NCBI RefSeq assembly: GCF_963921235.1
Contig: NC_086097.1
Coordinates: 7,750,001-7,814,000, forward strand
DNA from: Mobula hypostoma
Lineage: Eukaryota
Length of the DNA: 64,000 bases
Direction: 5' to 3'
Below, piece by piece: positions 40,295 to 53,814 of the stretch (its first letter is position 1; each line of letters begins with the position of its first letter). The notes beneath the pieces were generated by a model. That model made no database searches, was not told the origin of the DNA, and saw only the letters and a program-made list of their open reading frames with translations. The position numbers were made by a program, and so were the translations under genes.

Positions 40295-40672
40295 TCATTA
40301 CGTGCCCTGTTTTATGATGTCAGTGATCATGGTCTTGTGACCATGATTGTTCTTGGCAAATTATTCTACAGAAGTGGTTTGCCGTTGCTTTCTTCTGGGC
40401 AGTGTCTTTACAAGACGGGTGACTCCAGCCATTATCAATACTCTTTAGAGATTGTCTGCTTGGTGTCACTGGTCATACAACCAGGACTTGTGATATGCAC
40501 CAGCTGCTCATACGACCATCCACCACCTGCTCCCATGGCTTCGTGTGACCCAGACTGGGGTGGGAGGGGGGGCTAAGCAGGTGCTACACCTTGCTCAAGG
40601 GTGAACTGCAGGATGGCGGAGGGAAGGATTGGTTTACACTTCCTTTGGTGGAGACATATCTCCACTCCACCC
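40295..40672 (-). mobile_element. RTE-type non-autonomous element; second copy at about 45975-46330
   Basis: Two copies share ACCATGATTGTTCTTGGCAAA...CCAGCCATTATCAATAC...GGTGCTACACCTTG. Confidence 0.7.
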
Positions 40673-42260
40673 TATTACCCTGCAGTTGACTTAAATTATC
40701 TAAATTCTGAGACTATTTTAGCTCTGAATTACTAAACAACTAAACTTGCTTGATTTTCCAAGTTGCACTTTTCTTTGATAATTCCCCTATCATATAAAAT
40801 GCAGAATGATTGTCTCAGAACAGAAGCGTGGAACAATGTGTAACACGGCTTAGATTTTAAACTCATGAGGCTGAACTGTAGCTAACAAATCCATGTGAAG
40901 ATCGATAAGAGGCTAATTGCTGGCACTAGTGTGTTCCATCTGTAAATGGGAGTCAATTTGACAATTTCCAGCTCCTCTCCAAGGTCAGATGAAACCAATA
41001 GGAAATAATACCCTCTTTATTAAAGTTGCTGCTCGGGTCTCTTGGCAGTCCCATACTTGTGAATTTCAGTGTTAAATCATCAGAAGTGCCTCTTTTAAAC
41101 TCAGACAACGCATCAAGGCTTTGCCAAATTGTGCAGAAGACCAGACCACATTTTGATGATGTACTGAAAAATATTTCTAATGACCTTTTCTCCCTTGAAC
41201 AACACCGACAAACAACATAGCACAGCTAGTTTTCTATTTGTGAAAATGCTCTGGATAATAGAGTCATAAAAATGTTATTGAGAACCACAGTCAAGAAATA
41301 GGTCCTTTGGCTCATCTAGCCCATGCCAACTCTTGCCTTAAATTTGGTTGATAGTTTCCTGTGTCTATTTATATGAACACAATTGACTGGATCTGAAGTA
41401 CACTGGATTGTAAGAAATTATATGCATATCCATATTTCATATAATTGTCTTTATTTTTACTTCATTGTTAAAAGGAAACATTGTCAATATCTATCAGTTT
41501 TTATTTAATCTAATGAGTTACAAGAATTGCTTTTCTCAGTAGAGTAACCAATCCTTTATGTAAACTGATCCTTAAAGCAAATTGGACTAATATAAAACAG
41601 AATGTGTATTTGTGAATTTGCTTTCCAATTTTAAAACAATTTTTTTTTGTGATTGCATTTTTTGTATGCATGAGTCTCGAACCACTTTGACCACCTATAT
41701 GGTTTTGCACCCCAAAAACTGGTAGACTATAAGAGTACCCTTATAAGTAATCGACAGGTCAGGCAGCATTTGTTCTGATGACAGTCTGTTGACTGAATTG
41801 TTAATTCTGTTTCTCTGCCTACAGATACAGCCTGACTTTCTGAATATTTCCAAAATTTCCTGTAATATATTTTCTTTTCACTCATAGCATAAACAAGAGA
41901 AAATCAGCAGTTGCTGGAAATCCAAGCAACACACACAGAATGCTAGAGGAACTCAGCAGGCCAGGCAGTATCTAGCAAAATACAATGATGCAGGAACTCA
42001 GCAACAAAAACAATGGTACAGAAACATGGCAACACACTAAAATGGTGCAGGAAACCCTTTGACTTACATTTTTCCATATGTGCTGCCTGGCCTTCTGAGG
42101 TCCTGCAGAATTTTGTGTGTTTTGCTTTTTCACTTTTTTTTCTATTTTTGATACTATATCATTCCTTTGACTAGAACCACATTCAACAATATATTCAAGC
42201 AACACACACAAAAATTGCTGGTGAACGCAGCAGGCCAGGCAGCATCTCTAGGATGAGGTA

Positions 42261-42298
42261 CAGTCAACGTTTCAGGCCGAGAACCTTCGTCAGGACTA
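42261..42298 (-). ncRNA. Minimal hammerhead motif (cleavage triplet GUU variant)
   Basis: TAGTC-CTGACGA-AGGTTCTCGGCCT-GAAACGTT-GACTG on the minus strand. Confidence 0.75.
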
Positions 42299-43156
42299 AC
42301 TGAAGGAAGAGCTAGTAAGAGATTTGAAAGTGGGAGGGGGTGGGGGAGATCCGAAATGATAGGAGAAGACAGGAGGGGAGGGGTGGATCTAAGAGCTGGA
42401 GGAGGGAGAGGATCGTGGGATGGGAAGCCTGGGGAGAAAGAGAAGGGGGGAGGAGAGCCCAGCGGGTGGAGAGCAGGCAAGGAGTTATACTGAGCGGGAT
42501 AGAGGGAGAGAAAAGAGAGAGAGAAAAGAAAGGGGAAAAATATATAAAAATATATATTAAATAAATAAATAAGGGATGGGATGTGAAGGGGAGGAGGGGC
42601 ATTAGCGGAAGTTAGAGAAGTCAGTGCTCATGTCATCAGGTTGGAGGCTACTCAGATGGAATATAAGGTGTTGTTCCTCCAACCTGAGTGTAGCCTCATT
42701 TTAACAGTAGAAGAGGCCGTGGATAGACATATAAGAGCGGGAATGGGACGTGTCAAGATGAAGCCACACTCAGGTTGGAGGAACAACACCTTATATTCTG
42801 TCTGAGTAGCCTCCAACCTGATGGCATGAATATTGACTTCTCAAACTTCCGCTAATGTCCCTCCTCCCCTTCATACCCTATCTTTTATTTATTTATTTGA
42901 TATATTCTTTATATATTTTTCCCCCTTTCTTTTCTCTCTCTTTTTTCTCCCTCTGTCCCTCTCACTATAACTCCTTGCCTGGTCTCCACCCGCCGAGCTC
43001 CCCTCCCCCCTTCTCTTTCTCCCCAGGCTTCCCATCCCACGATCCTCTCCCTCCTCCAGCTCTTAGATCCACCCCTCCCCTCCTGTCTTCTCCTATCATT
43101 TCGGATCTCACCCACCCCTTCCCACTTACAAATGTCTTACTAGCTCTTCTTTCAGT

Positions 43157-43194
43157 TAGTCCTGACGAAGGGTCTCGGCCCGAAACGTCGACTG
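43157..43194 (+). ncRNA. Minimal type-I hammerhead ribozyme motif
   Basis: TAGTC-CTGACGA-AGGGTCTCGGCCC-GAAACGTC^GACTG; predicted cleavage after 43189. Confidence 0.82.
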
Positions 43195-44289
43195 TACCTC
43201 TTCCTAGAGATGCTGCCTGGCCTGATGCGTTCACCAGCATTTTTTGTGTGTGTGTTGCTTGAATTTCCAGCAACTGCAGATTTCCTCATGTCAGCGTTTT
43301 TAAATTCAACAATATATTGGTGATTTCATGCCCAACGATTCAGGGGCAGTTTGTCCACCTTTGCCACGAGATGCCTGAATGGACATTGAATCTCTGAACT
43401 CTTCCTCACTACTTGTCTTTCTCTTTTTGCACTTCTTATTTAATTTGACTATACACGTATTCTTTGGACTGTAATTTGTACTGCTGCCGCATTTCGATAA
43501 ATTTCATGACATATGCTGATGATATTAAACCTGATTCTGATACAGCCCACTGATACAAATTCAAGATTAAATATCTATGTACAAACTTTTATGTGCACAG
43601 GCGCCACAGTAGCATAGCAGTTAGCGTGACACTTTTACAGCTCGAGGCAGCAGAAATATAAAAATTTACACAGCACCAAATGAAGAAAAGATTACATGGA
43701 TGGTAGGGGTACGGAGGGCTATGGTCCCAGCACATGTCGATGAGACTAGGCAGCTTAAATGGTTTGGCATGGACTAGGTGGGTTGAGGACCTGCTTCTGT
43801 ACTATATTTCTTTGTGACTCTATTAGGAAGAATGTTAGAGTTTTGCCTGTGAAAAAGGCTTGAAGAAGGATTCTGAAGGAGAAAATGAATTCCTGAGTCT
43901 AGTGTAAGTTAAAATAGAGGAAGAGTTGAAGGGAGACTGAATCACCCTTGCTCATTTTCCTTGTAGTGGAAGTTGCTGAGGGGGATCTGATTGTGGTAAA
44001 ACAAATTGTTAGGGGATAAGACATATTTCCCCATTGTAGGTGAGGCAGGAGGATTAAGGTGAAATGGAAAAGGTTCACAAGGAATCTTAAGAAGAATATT
44101 TTCCTCAGGGTGGTTAGAAGCTGACAACAGTCAAGAAACATCTGGATCCCCGTAAAAACATATGGGGGTAGGAAGTTTAAATGATTTGGCATGGACTAGA
44201 TGGGTGAAAGGCTTGTGTTGTATTTTTCTATGACTCTGTGACTCTATATGCGTGTGATAAATTGGAATAGATTAGATTGGTACTTGTTT

Positions 44290-44670
44290 GTAAAAATGAG
44301 GGGGAATCTAATTGAAACCTATCAAATATTGATTGGCCTAGATAGAACAGATGTGGACAGAATGTTTCCTATTGTGGGAGAGTCAAGGACCGGAGGGCAC
44401 AGCCTCAGAACAGAGGGATGTTCATTTAGAATGGAGATGAGGAGGAATTTCTTTAGCCAGAGGGTGGTGAATTTGTGGAACTTATTGCCACAGATGGCTG
44501 TGGAGGCCAAGGCACTGGGTATACTTAAAGCAGAGGTTATTGATTAGTAATGGTGTCAAAGGCTATGGTGAGATGGCAGGAGAATGGGGTTGAGAGGGAT
44601 TGTAAATAAAAGAATGACAGACAGACTCGATGAGCTGAATGGTCTAATTCGGCTCCTGTCTGATGGTCTT
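44290..44670 (+). mobile_element. CR1 LINE 3' fragment
   Basis: RGNLIETYQIL...RRNFFSQRVVNLWN. Confidence 0.85.
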
Positions 44671-44918
44671 GAGGTTATGATGGTCAGCACAGACAAGAGT
44701 GCCCAAAGGACTTGCTTGTATGCAGTTTGCCTGAAAAACTGCTGAAAATGTTCAGTATGGCTCATTCTGCTGAAATGTTTTCAATCTGAAATATCAGCTC
44801 TTTTTCTCTTTCCTCAAGTGCTGCCTGACCCGTTGAGTGTTTCCATTAATTCTGGCATTTCTTCTTACTTCAGATTTCCAAGTAGGAAATTCCCAGGAAG
44901 ATAGATTTCTAAATAGAG

Positions 44919-44998
44919 CAGGGATTCCCAACCATTTTTATGCCATGGACCCTTTCCATTAACCGAGGGGTCTGTTGACCCCAGGTTGCAAACCCCTG
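44919..44998. mobile_element. 80-bp hAT (Buster/Charlie-type) MITE
   Basis: TIRs CAGGGATTCCCAACC / GGTTGCAAACCCCTG; perfect 8-bp TSD AAATAGAG (44911-44918, 44999-45006) with TA at positions 4-5. Confidence 0.9.
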
Positions 44999-47900
44999 AA
45001 ATAGAGGGCACTCTGAGAACTGTGACATAGGGAAATTTAACCAAGAGGATAAGACTCTTAAAATGCAATGAATTTGGAGAAACTTTTTGGAAACCTGACA
45101 AATTCTTCAAGCATTACAGCAACACCTTTGAAAACACCCAGTATGGACACATTGCAGATTGTTATGACAACTGCTTGGCCCAAGAACCAAAAGAAACTGC
45201 AGAGAGTTGTTAACAAACTCCCGTCTATTACTGAGGTTGGGCGAGACTAGAACGAGAGGTGAAGGGATAAGGGTGAAAGATTAAGTGCTTAAGGGGAATA
45301 GGAGAGGGAACAATCTTCACTCAGAGGGTGGTGTGTGTATGGAATGAGCTGCCTGCAGAGGTGGATGCAGGTTCAGTGACAACATTTAAAAGAAGTTTGA
45401 ATAGGTATATGGATAGGAGGGTTATGGAGAGCAATGTCACAGGACCAGGTCGGTGGGACTAAGCAGATTAATAGTTCAACATGGACTAGGTGGGGCAAAG
45501 GATCTGTTTCTGCATTGTAATGTTCTATGACTCTGTGACTCTATTACTAAATCCAATGCCTCCCCTCTATCGATGCTGTCTATAATTCTAACTGATTGGA
45601 GCAGCCAACATAATCAAAGATCCCTTCCACTCTCACACTCATTCTCTCTTTGTCGGCAGATGATACAAATGTTTGAGAACAATGACAGATTTTAACTTGC
45701 TGTTACACGGATCCTGAAAGGGCCACTGTAAATAAAGATAGTCTCTTATTCCATCAGTCTTCCTTGTCATGGTTCTTGCACTTTGTCTGCACTTTCTCCA
45801 TAACTGTGACACTATATACACTTTATACAATAAAGTATAAAGTATAAGTATAAAGTATATTCTGCTTTCTGTTACTGGGTTTCCTCTTGTACTACTTCGA
45901 TGTACTTATATTTGGAGTAACCTGGCTTGATGGATTGCAAACCAAAGCGTTTCACTACTTCTTAGTTTGCTTACTTGTTCTGTGCCATGTTGTATGACAT
46001 GGGAGATCATGGTCTATCCATAACCATGATTGTTCTTGGCAAACTTTTCTACAGAAGTGGTATGTCATTGCCTTCTTCTGGGCAGTGTCTTTACGTGATG
46101 GGTGACCCCAGCCATTATCAATACTTTTCAGAGATTGTCTGCTTGGTGTCAACGATCGCATAACCAGGAATTGTGATGTGCACCAGCTGCTTATACGACC
46201 ATTCATCACCTGCTCCCAAGGCTTCACATTACTTTGATCAAGGTGCTACACCTTGCCAAAGGGTGACCTGCAGACTAGCAGAAGGAAGGAGCGTCTTACA
46301 AGTTCTTTGGTAGAAAAATATCTCCATCCCACCACACAGTACACCTCAGTGCATGTGATAATAAGAATAAACCAATTACCATTTGCCAGATAACATTTTG
46401 TTTTTAATTTTAGATTTCCAACATCTGTTGTTCTTTTCTAATTTTCATTTACAACAGAGCTGGTTGAAATCACAATTGGCAGAGGTAGTATAAAGATGGG
46501 AGAGCTGCAGTTCAGTTTTCAGAGAGCTCTAGGGAATCTATTCAACAGGATAAGACACTCAAAGTCCTTCAAATTTGAATAAACTTTGCATAAACTTCAT
46601 AAATTCTACAGACTCTAAAGCAAAATCAATTAAAACTCAATTGGAAACTTTAGAACTACTACGGACATTACATCAGAATCATGAAAACATAAATAATTAG
46701 GTTACAGCTACGGGTGCTCTTCTCCTGGATCGTTTTCTGTACTCCGAAGGAAACATAATGGAGAAATACTGCAGCATCCTCACACCTCAACAGCTTTCAC
46801 TCCTCTCACCAACACATCTACCACGTACAGAAGCGTTACATCCCACAACACTGGGATCAGGAATAATTATTACCCTACAACAATAAGGCTCCTGAACTGA
46901 CATGGATAATTTCACTCACCCCAGCACTGAACTAATTTTTATATAACATATAATTATATAACATACTGTACATAGAACAATACAGCACAGGAAAAGGCCC
47001 TTTGGCCTATGATGTTGTGCTGAACCAGGTAAAAAGTAAATGAAAAATCCCCAAAATCTAAACCCTCCAATCTATACAATGTCCATATCACTCCATCTTC
47101 CTCATATTCATGTGCCTATCTAAACACCTCTTAAAAGCCTCCAATGTATTTGCCTCTACCACTGTACCAGGCATCCACCACTCTCTGAATAAAACACTTA
47201 CTCCTCACATCCCCATTGAACTTATTGGCTCTCATCTCTGGTTTTAGACATTTCTACCCTGGGAAACAGATACTCCCTACCCACTCTATGTCTCTCACAA
47301 TCCTATAAACCTCTATCAGATCACCACCCAGCCTCTGATGCTCCAGAGAAAACAACTGAAGTTTATCAGCCTCTCGTGATAGCACGTGCCCACTAAAGCA
47401 GGTAACATCCTAATAATCCTCTTCTGCGCCCTCTCCAAAGCCTCAACTTCCTTCCGATACTGGGGCAACCAGACCTGTATTTCTTTATTTTCCTGTGAAT
47501 GTCTGCAGGAAAATGAATCTCAGGGTGGTATATGGTGACATATATGTACTTCGATAATAAATTTACTTTGACTTTGACTGCAATGTGTTCAGCATTCAAA
47601 TCATCTATCAAGCGCCATAGTTATATTTTCAATTTTATGTTGCTACCAAGCGGAACCACGGCACTTCAACACAAGGGTGGGGGCACAAATACGCTGAAAG
47701 TGATACCTCTGCAGATGTTATGCTTTTCTCTGTAACTCAGCATCGGTGACCAATTACAACATCCTGATGTTAGACCAAAGTGCAATGGGTCAACTAACAG
47801 CAAGAAGGTTTTTTTGTATGTATAATAAGAAACAGAACCTGTCATTTCTCAGAGCAACTGCACCTGTGAATATTACTTATTTTAAAAGCTGATGAAAGCG

Positions 47901-50019
47901 AGTGATCTCAATTTGGAGAATATTATCTCAAGACTCCCTTTCAACACAGCCAAGCAGTATAACAGTAATTGGGGGAGTATAGAGACTAAGGCTTTTGAAT
48001 GAGATAGAACTCCCTTATCGACATCGTTTATTCAGAAGTGCTGTCCCTCTGCATTACATTCTCATGAATCATCTTCGTAAATGAGTACCAAAACTGGCAG
48101 TCGTCCCACTCTGTCAACCTGCATATGGTTTCCAGCTCTCACCAGAACGGCTACTATCGTGGCATGGGCCAGCTTTCAACCTGTTTCTGGCAATGGAAGC
48201 TGGTGCATTTTTCATTACGATGTTAGTATTTCACCATGTGTATCAAGATGAAATCTATCTCAAATGATCCGCAGGCCTCTGCTTTAAATGGAGAACCAAA
48301 ATCCAACGTGATTAAATCAGTGGCAGTGACCTGCATTCAGCTCCGAGAGAGATGGGCACCTTGCACTGGCAGCTCGCTCAGGTCCAGTTATACTACTGAC
48401 TTATCATGACATCATGACATCAGTTCCAGAGTCTCTTCCATCACTGCAGACTATGAATGAAATTGCCTCCAACTTGAGATCTTTAAGATTTTTATGCTGT
48501 ATTTTAAAACCATTTTTAAGTTACAAGTGGGACGAGACAACCAGCCAGCCCAGTCATATAGATGGTTTCAGCCATATATGCGTACCACTGGAAAGTAGTC
48601 CAGAAGATATCAGTGAAGCCATGTTTTGAAGGAGTTTTATTGAAGGATTTCAAACCCGGCCGGCTCCATCATGGGCCCAAGCTTCACTAACGTTGAGGAC
48701 ATCTTCAAAAGGCAAAGTCTCAGGAAAAGTTGGCATCCAACATTAACGATCCCCCTCACCTAGGACTTCCCCTCTTCTTATTACTACCATCAGAGAGGAG
48801 GTACAGGAACCTGAAATCATACATTCAATACCAACACCTCCTTTCCTCTCTGCCAGCAGATTTCTGAACAGACAATGAACCAACCCATGAACACGAACTC
48901 ACTATTTTACTATCTTTTTGAACTACTTATTTATTTTTTAATATATTTCTTATCGTATTTTTATGTATTGCACTATACTACTGCCACAAAACAACAAATT
49001 TCATGAGGTATGTCAGTGAGAATTTCTGATTTTGATTCCAATTCTGATTATCTCCATTAAGGGCTTTGCGATAAACTATCTTTAATTCTAAAATAGAAAG
49101 CAGAAAGTACTGGAAACCATAAGAAAGGAAAAGGGTCTTGACATTTGTGATGGCAGACCTATATTCCAAACAATTTAAAATTCTGATTTCTGCCCTTTTT
49201 CTTCAATTTCATCTTTAATTTTTCCTCGGGTCAAAATACAAGAGGGCATCTAAGATGAGAGGGGGAAAGTTCAAAGGAGATGTGTGGGGCCAAGTGTTTT
49301 CTTAACACAGAATGTGATGGGTGCTTGGAATGTGCTGTCGGGAGTGGTGATGGACATAGATATGACAGAAGCTTTTAAGAGGCTCTTAAATTGGCACATG
49401 AATATGCAGGGATGGAGGGATATGAACCATGTGCAGACAGAAGGGATTAGATGTCAGTAGACTAATAGTTTGAGCAGAACATCATAAGCAGAAAGTCTTA
49501 TTCCTCTGCTCTTTGCTCTATGTCCTAATTTCTAACTTTTGACTTTGGAGGAATAGGAGTTTGAGGATATGAGATTTGCTTACTTTTAATAATAATGCAT
49601 AAAAGTAACAGAATAAATTTTCATGCTTGGTCTCATCAACAATCATTCATTTTTAAATGACAGATTTAAATAGACAGGTTAAATTGGTGGCAGGGTAACA
49701 TAGACGTTAGCATGACACTATTACAGCTTGGGGCGTTGGAGTTTGTAGTTCGATTGCAACGTCTTCTGTATGAAAGTTTGTACGTTCTTCCCATGTGCGT
49801 GTGGATTTCCTCCAGGTGCTCTGGTTTCCTCCCATGTTCCAAAGGCATACTGGTTAGTAGGTAAATTGGTCATTGTAATTAAGCTATGGTTAAATATATG
49901 TGTTGCTTGATGCTGTGGCTCTCTGGGCTGGAAGGGCCTGTTCTGTGCTGTATCTCTAAATAAATAAAAGGCACATAGTGGTTGATGTTTAACATATTGG
50001 TTAGTAGGATAAATACTTA

Positions 50020-50420
50020 CTGCCTATTATGCCACTGGCATTTAAGGCAACAATGAAGATCCTGCATCTCTGGTGGTGTTCAGGGCTTACTTTATCATGT
50101 CAGTAGCTTCCTCTTGGTTTTCACTACTGTCGGTCGTACAAGTCCAGGGTGGAAACTCAGATATCATGTCACGCTCAGATATAGAAGGATTCTTCATTGC
50201 TGTTTCTGTAACAATTTTGTTTTATCTGTCAGGCCTGACCTAAACCCCCGAACCTGGAGGACCGGTGGACCAATCTTAGCCTGGCCTCTACCTTTTGACC
50301 TGTTTGGCATGGGTGACCTTACCAACTGCCAAAGCATAAGGCCCTGACTCCAGCTAGCACGGCTTACTGGGTCATCGAGGCACGCAAGCCTCCAAACCAC
50401 AACAAGGTTGTGGTCCTCTT
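50020..50420 (-). mobile_element. RTE (Rex3/Expander-like) non-autonomous element nested in a V-SINE-rich stretch
   Basis: Minus-strand leader CACAACCTTGTTGTGG...GGTCACCCATGCCAAACAGGTC resembles RTE 5' UTRs; tail GCCTTAAATGCCAGTGGCATAATAGGCAGTAAGT. Confidence 0.6.
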
Positions 50421-51346
50421 GGTCATTGTAAATTTTCCAGTGATTAGGCTGGATTAAATCAGTGAGTTTCTGGGTATTGCGACTCAGTGGGCCAGAAGAG
50501 CCTGCTCCATGCTATATCCCTAAATAAAATTAATTAGCGGATGGAGGAATCTCATACTGAAGCATTAACAGTTTGTCTACTTTTCATGAATTGTGTAATA
50601 TTATGAATGATTTTACAACTATTAGCGTGAATCCCATCAGCCAGGTGCTCATTTATGCCTCACTTTTCAATGCTGCCATCTAATTTAGAAGAAGAACAGA
50701 TGTTGCGGATTACATTGAAACCTGTAATATATTTAAAAACAGTTATTAAAGCCTGAGAACGCTGTTCGACCTTCAGACATATTGCTGCTGTAAACATCTG
50801 TTAAATGATCAGCAATAGGCTTTCTCAGAGCAATGCCTCATAAGTTTGTAGTTATTCAAGTTTGTCTTACAATGGAGCCATCTCAAGGCTTCAAAAGCTA
50901 TTTTCAGATCCTACTTGCTGTTGTCATCAGGAAGGGGGTACAGGAGCCTTAGGACCCCCACCACCAGGTCCGGGAATATTACGCTCTTGAACTGGGGGGA
51001 TAACTTCTCTGACCTTCACTTGCCCCATCACTGAACTGTTCCCACTACCAATGGACTCACTTTCAGGGAGTCTTTATCTTATGTTCTTGATGTCTATTGT
51101 TTATTTAATTATAATATATTTTGTATTTTATATTTGCACAGCTTGTTGTCTTTTGCACATTGGTTGTTTGTCCATTCTTTTGGGTGCAATCTATCATTGA
51201 TTCTGTTGTTTCTCTTTGATTTATTGTGTATGCCTGCTGAAAGAAAATAATTCTCAGGGTTGTAAATGGTGACATATACATATGTACCTTGATAATAAAT
51301 TTACTTTGATCTTTGACACGAAAGGATGGTAGATGTCTATCTATAG

Positions 51347-52572
51347 CAGAGGGGTTCTTAATCTTTTTTTGCCATGGACCCCTTTGCCAGTCAGGTAAAG
51401 CCGACAAATTCTCAGAATAATGTATATAAAACAAAATAGTTTCTTCATTTGTGTAGGGCTTCTTTTCTTTGGCAATCCAGTAAGCAACTTTATAGAATTC
51501 ATCAAGATAATGCTTTTGTGAAATGGCAAATCTCAGTTTTAGAAGTGTCCCAACTTTTTTGAATCAAGCTTTCTTTACACGAACAACACCCGCAACTTTA
51601 GATGCATTTTTCAGAATGGACAGACGTGAGGTGCTATTTCTGTTTTGCTGGCTTCATACTTCTGTTCGCAAGAATTTTTCAACACAAAAACACTGTAACT
51701 TTTGTGTCCCGTCATGTACATTAATGCAAGTGAAACTATATAATACAGAGTTTTCATCATGCTTTCTTTAGTTCCACATTTCAACTTAAATTGTGTCTGC
51801 AAAAACTATAAAATAAATACAGCTAAAATAAAATATTTGATTCAACTGACATTTTTTGAAACTCAATCTTTTTGTACGGTTATTTGTTTGATAAATCTAC
51901 AAAGAAGTAAGTATCCTTTATGTTAATTATGTGAAGTGGAAGATATTGAAGACATTTGTATGTCAAGTAAGTAAAATAAGGCGGGTTTTACAATTTATCC
52001 AAAGTTTAACAATTTTAATGGCTTTTAGATACTCGGATAGACACAGGGATTATAGCAGTAGCTGAGGTGTCGTGTCCTTTCAAGAATTCAGCTATTATTG
52101 CGCATGGAGTCGTGTGGTATTACAAAGTCCTGCTACCTTATGGAGAGTTACAAATCTCATTTGAACTGTCCAGTTTTGCCAAAGCCTAACAAAACAATAA
52201 AAATGATTCACCTCCTTCTGATCCATTGATCAACGAGGAATTGTAGACAGGGGATGATGGAGAACGTGAGAACACCTGACTTCACTGTTTGGTGGCTGAA
52301 CGACTACTAGGCACAGGGCTGCCCGATAGTTGGCCAGCTATGTTGTATGAGCATCTGCAGACAGGAAGACTGTGATCATATTTGATCTAGCAGTGGGTCT
52401 AATAACTACTGTAATTTTGAAGTAGTGCCAAGTGTGCTGTAAACAATATTTTGAGATATTTGTAACAACTGTAATGTGCATGAAAATATCTGTGATTTAT
52501 TTTTGTGACAAAATCACAGGTACTGCTAATACTACTGTGGTTTGTTGCCTACATTCATAATCGAAGGAAATG
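51347..52572 (-). mobile_element. hAT Buster/Charlie-type DNA transposon, internally deleted, one end lost
   Basis: End CAGAGGGGTTCTTAATC...TGCCATGGACCC shares sequence with the MITE at 44919; contains a transposase remnant. Confidence 0.8.
51438..51779 (-). pseudogene. Buster-type transposase N-terminus (BED zinc finger), ZBED5/ZBED8-like, with stops and frameshifts
   Basis: Hand translation: RKHDENSVLYSFTCINVHDGTQKLQCF/LC*KILANRSMKPAKQK*HLTSVHSE/...FYKVAYWIAKEKKPYTNEET. Confidence 0.85.
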
Positions 52573-53743
52573 GCTGCAGACCAGACTTCCACTCACCTGA
52601 ACGTGGACCAGAGAGTGGCATTGCCGTACTGACGGATTCTTCATGCAGTCTAATGAACAGATAAATCTGCAGAGGCTGGATCCTGAAGCAAATGCTGAAA
52701 TGCTGGACGGACTCAGCCAGTCAAAGCTTCAGGTTGAAGACCTTGTATGCCTTCCACTCCCACATCTCCTTATTCTGGTTTCTTCCCCCTTCCTTTACAG
52801 CCCTGAAGGAGGGTCTTGGCCTGAAACATTGACTGTTCATTCATTTTTATATATACCGCCTGACTTACTGAGTCCTTCCAGCATTGTGTGTCTGTTACTG
52901 AAGATCTGCACTGTATTTCTGCAGAACGTTCTTCAAGGTGAAAGAGATTAAGCACTTCATCAGATTGTTAATGGTACAAAAAACACCAAAGTCATTTGCT
53001 TGCATTATTTGTAAATTAACAAAACCTTTATGACTAGTCTTATCACAATCACCTTTCAATAACCTTAGCAAACTACAGTAATGAACCATGCAACTAACAA
53101 ATTCATCAGTTGTATGTCTTAACTCAGAGAGAAAGAAACTCAGAGCTGCTCGATGGGAAATTTCTTATTGCTGACTGTTTTATAATCTTGCCGTCTGAAA
53201 TCTGTTTTTTTAATTGGCTTTGATTGGTTGTGAGCAATGCAAATATGTTCCATTTCATTGAGTGCACCCTGAGGCAGTCAATACTTCAATATTACTTGGC
53301 TTTCTGGAGCAGCTAGCCTCACTGGCAGATAATCCATTAAAATAGGTCAATGTAGTCTGAGAACCGAAGGTTGCGACCTTGCCTCTGGCCCATCCTTTTT
53401 CTAAAGAGTCTGGTCACCCAAATGGATTGGAAATCCCCTTATGGTTAGTCACTTTGTGAGTTCATGCAGATCTACTGAGTGGATTTTAAATACCTGAACT
53501 GACAATTGAGAGCAACCTGATGAACCACCAGAATGAAAGGAAATGTTCCTGGCCGTTGTTTGGTGTGACTAAATAGGAGGCTGTACCTTCAAGGTTCAAA
53601 GCTCAGGATTTTCCAGTACACAAGTGGAAAGGAGAATGAAATATTATTAATCTGGATCTGATGCAGCCCAAAAAGAACACAATAAAATGAAGAACACAAT
53701 GATAAAAAAACAATAAATATAAATACATAAATTAGCATACATA

Positions 53744-53814
53744 CAGTACTGTGCAAAAGGTTTATGTCTATATATATATATGGCTCGAGTGCCTAAGGAT
53801 TTTACACAGTACTC
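53744..53814. mobile_element. 71-bp Tc1-type MITE (degenerate second copy about 55753-55810)
   Basis: TA-CAGTACTGTGCAAAAG ... TTTTACACAGTACTC-TA inverted ends around a (TA)n core. Confidence 0.7.

Larger units (their letters stand above)
42196..43303. mobile_element. Palindromic tail-out Penelope double insertion
   Basis: Minus arm 42196-42752, plus arm 42751-43303, about 45-nt unpaired centre; 15-bp direct repeat ATTCAACAATATATT at 42181-42195 and 43304-43318. Confidence 0.92.

Noticed and set aside
42154..43273. Pro/Ser-rich ORFs containing SPDEGSRPETST, repeated across the window
   Set aside because: Conceptual translations of the Penelope 3' repeat and hammerhead; recurrence reflects the repeat, not a protein family
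45828..45860. (ATAAAGT)n run
   Set aside because: Ordinary short tandem expansion within a LINE 3' tail
52210..52355. Minus-strand exon-like segment
   Set aside because: Stops in all frames and located inside the hAT remnant
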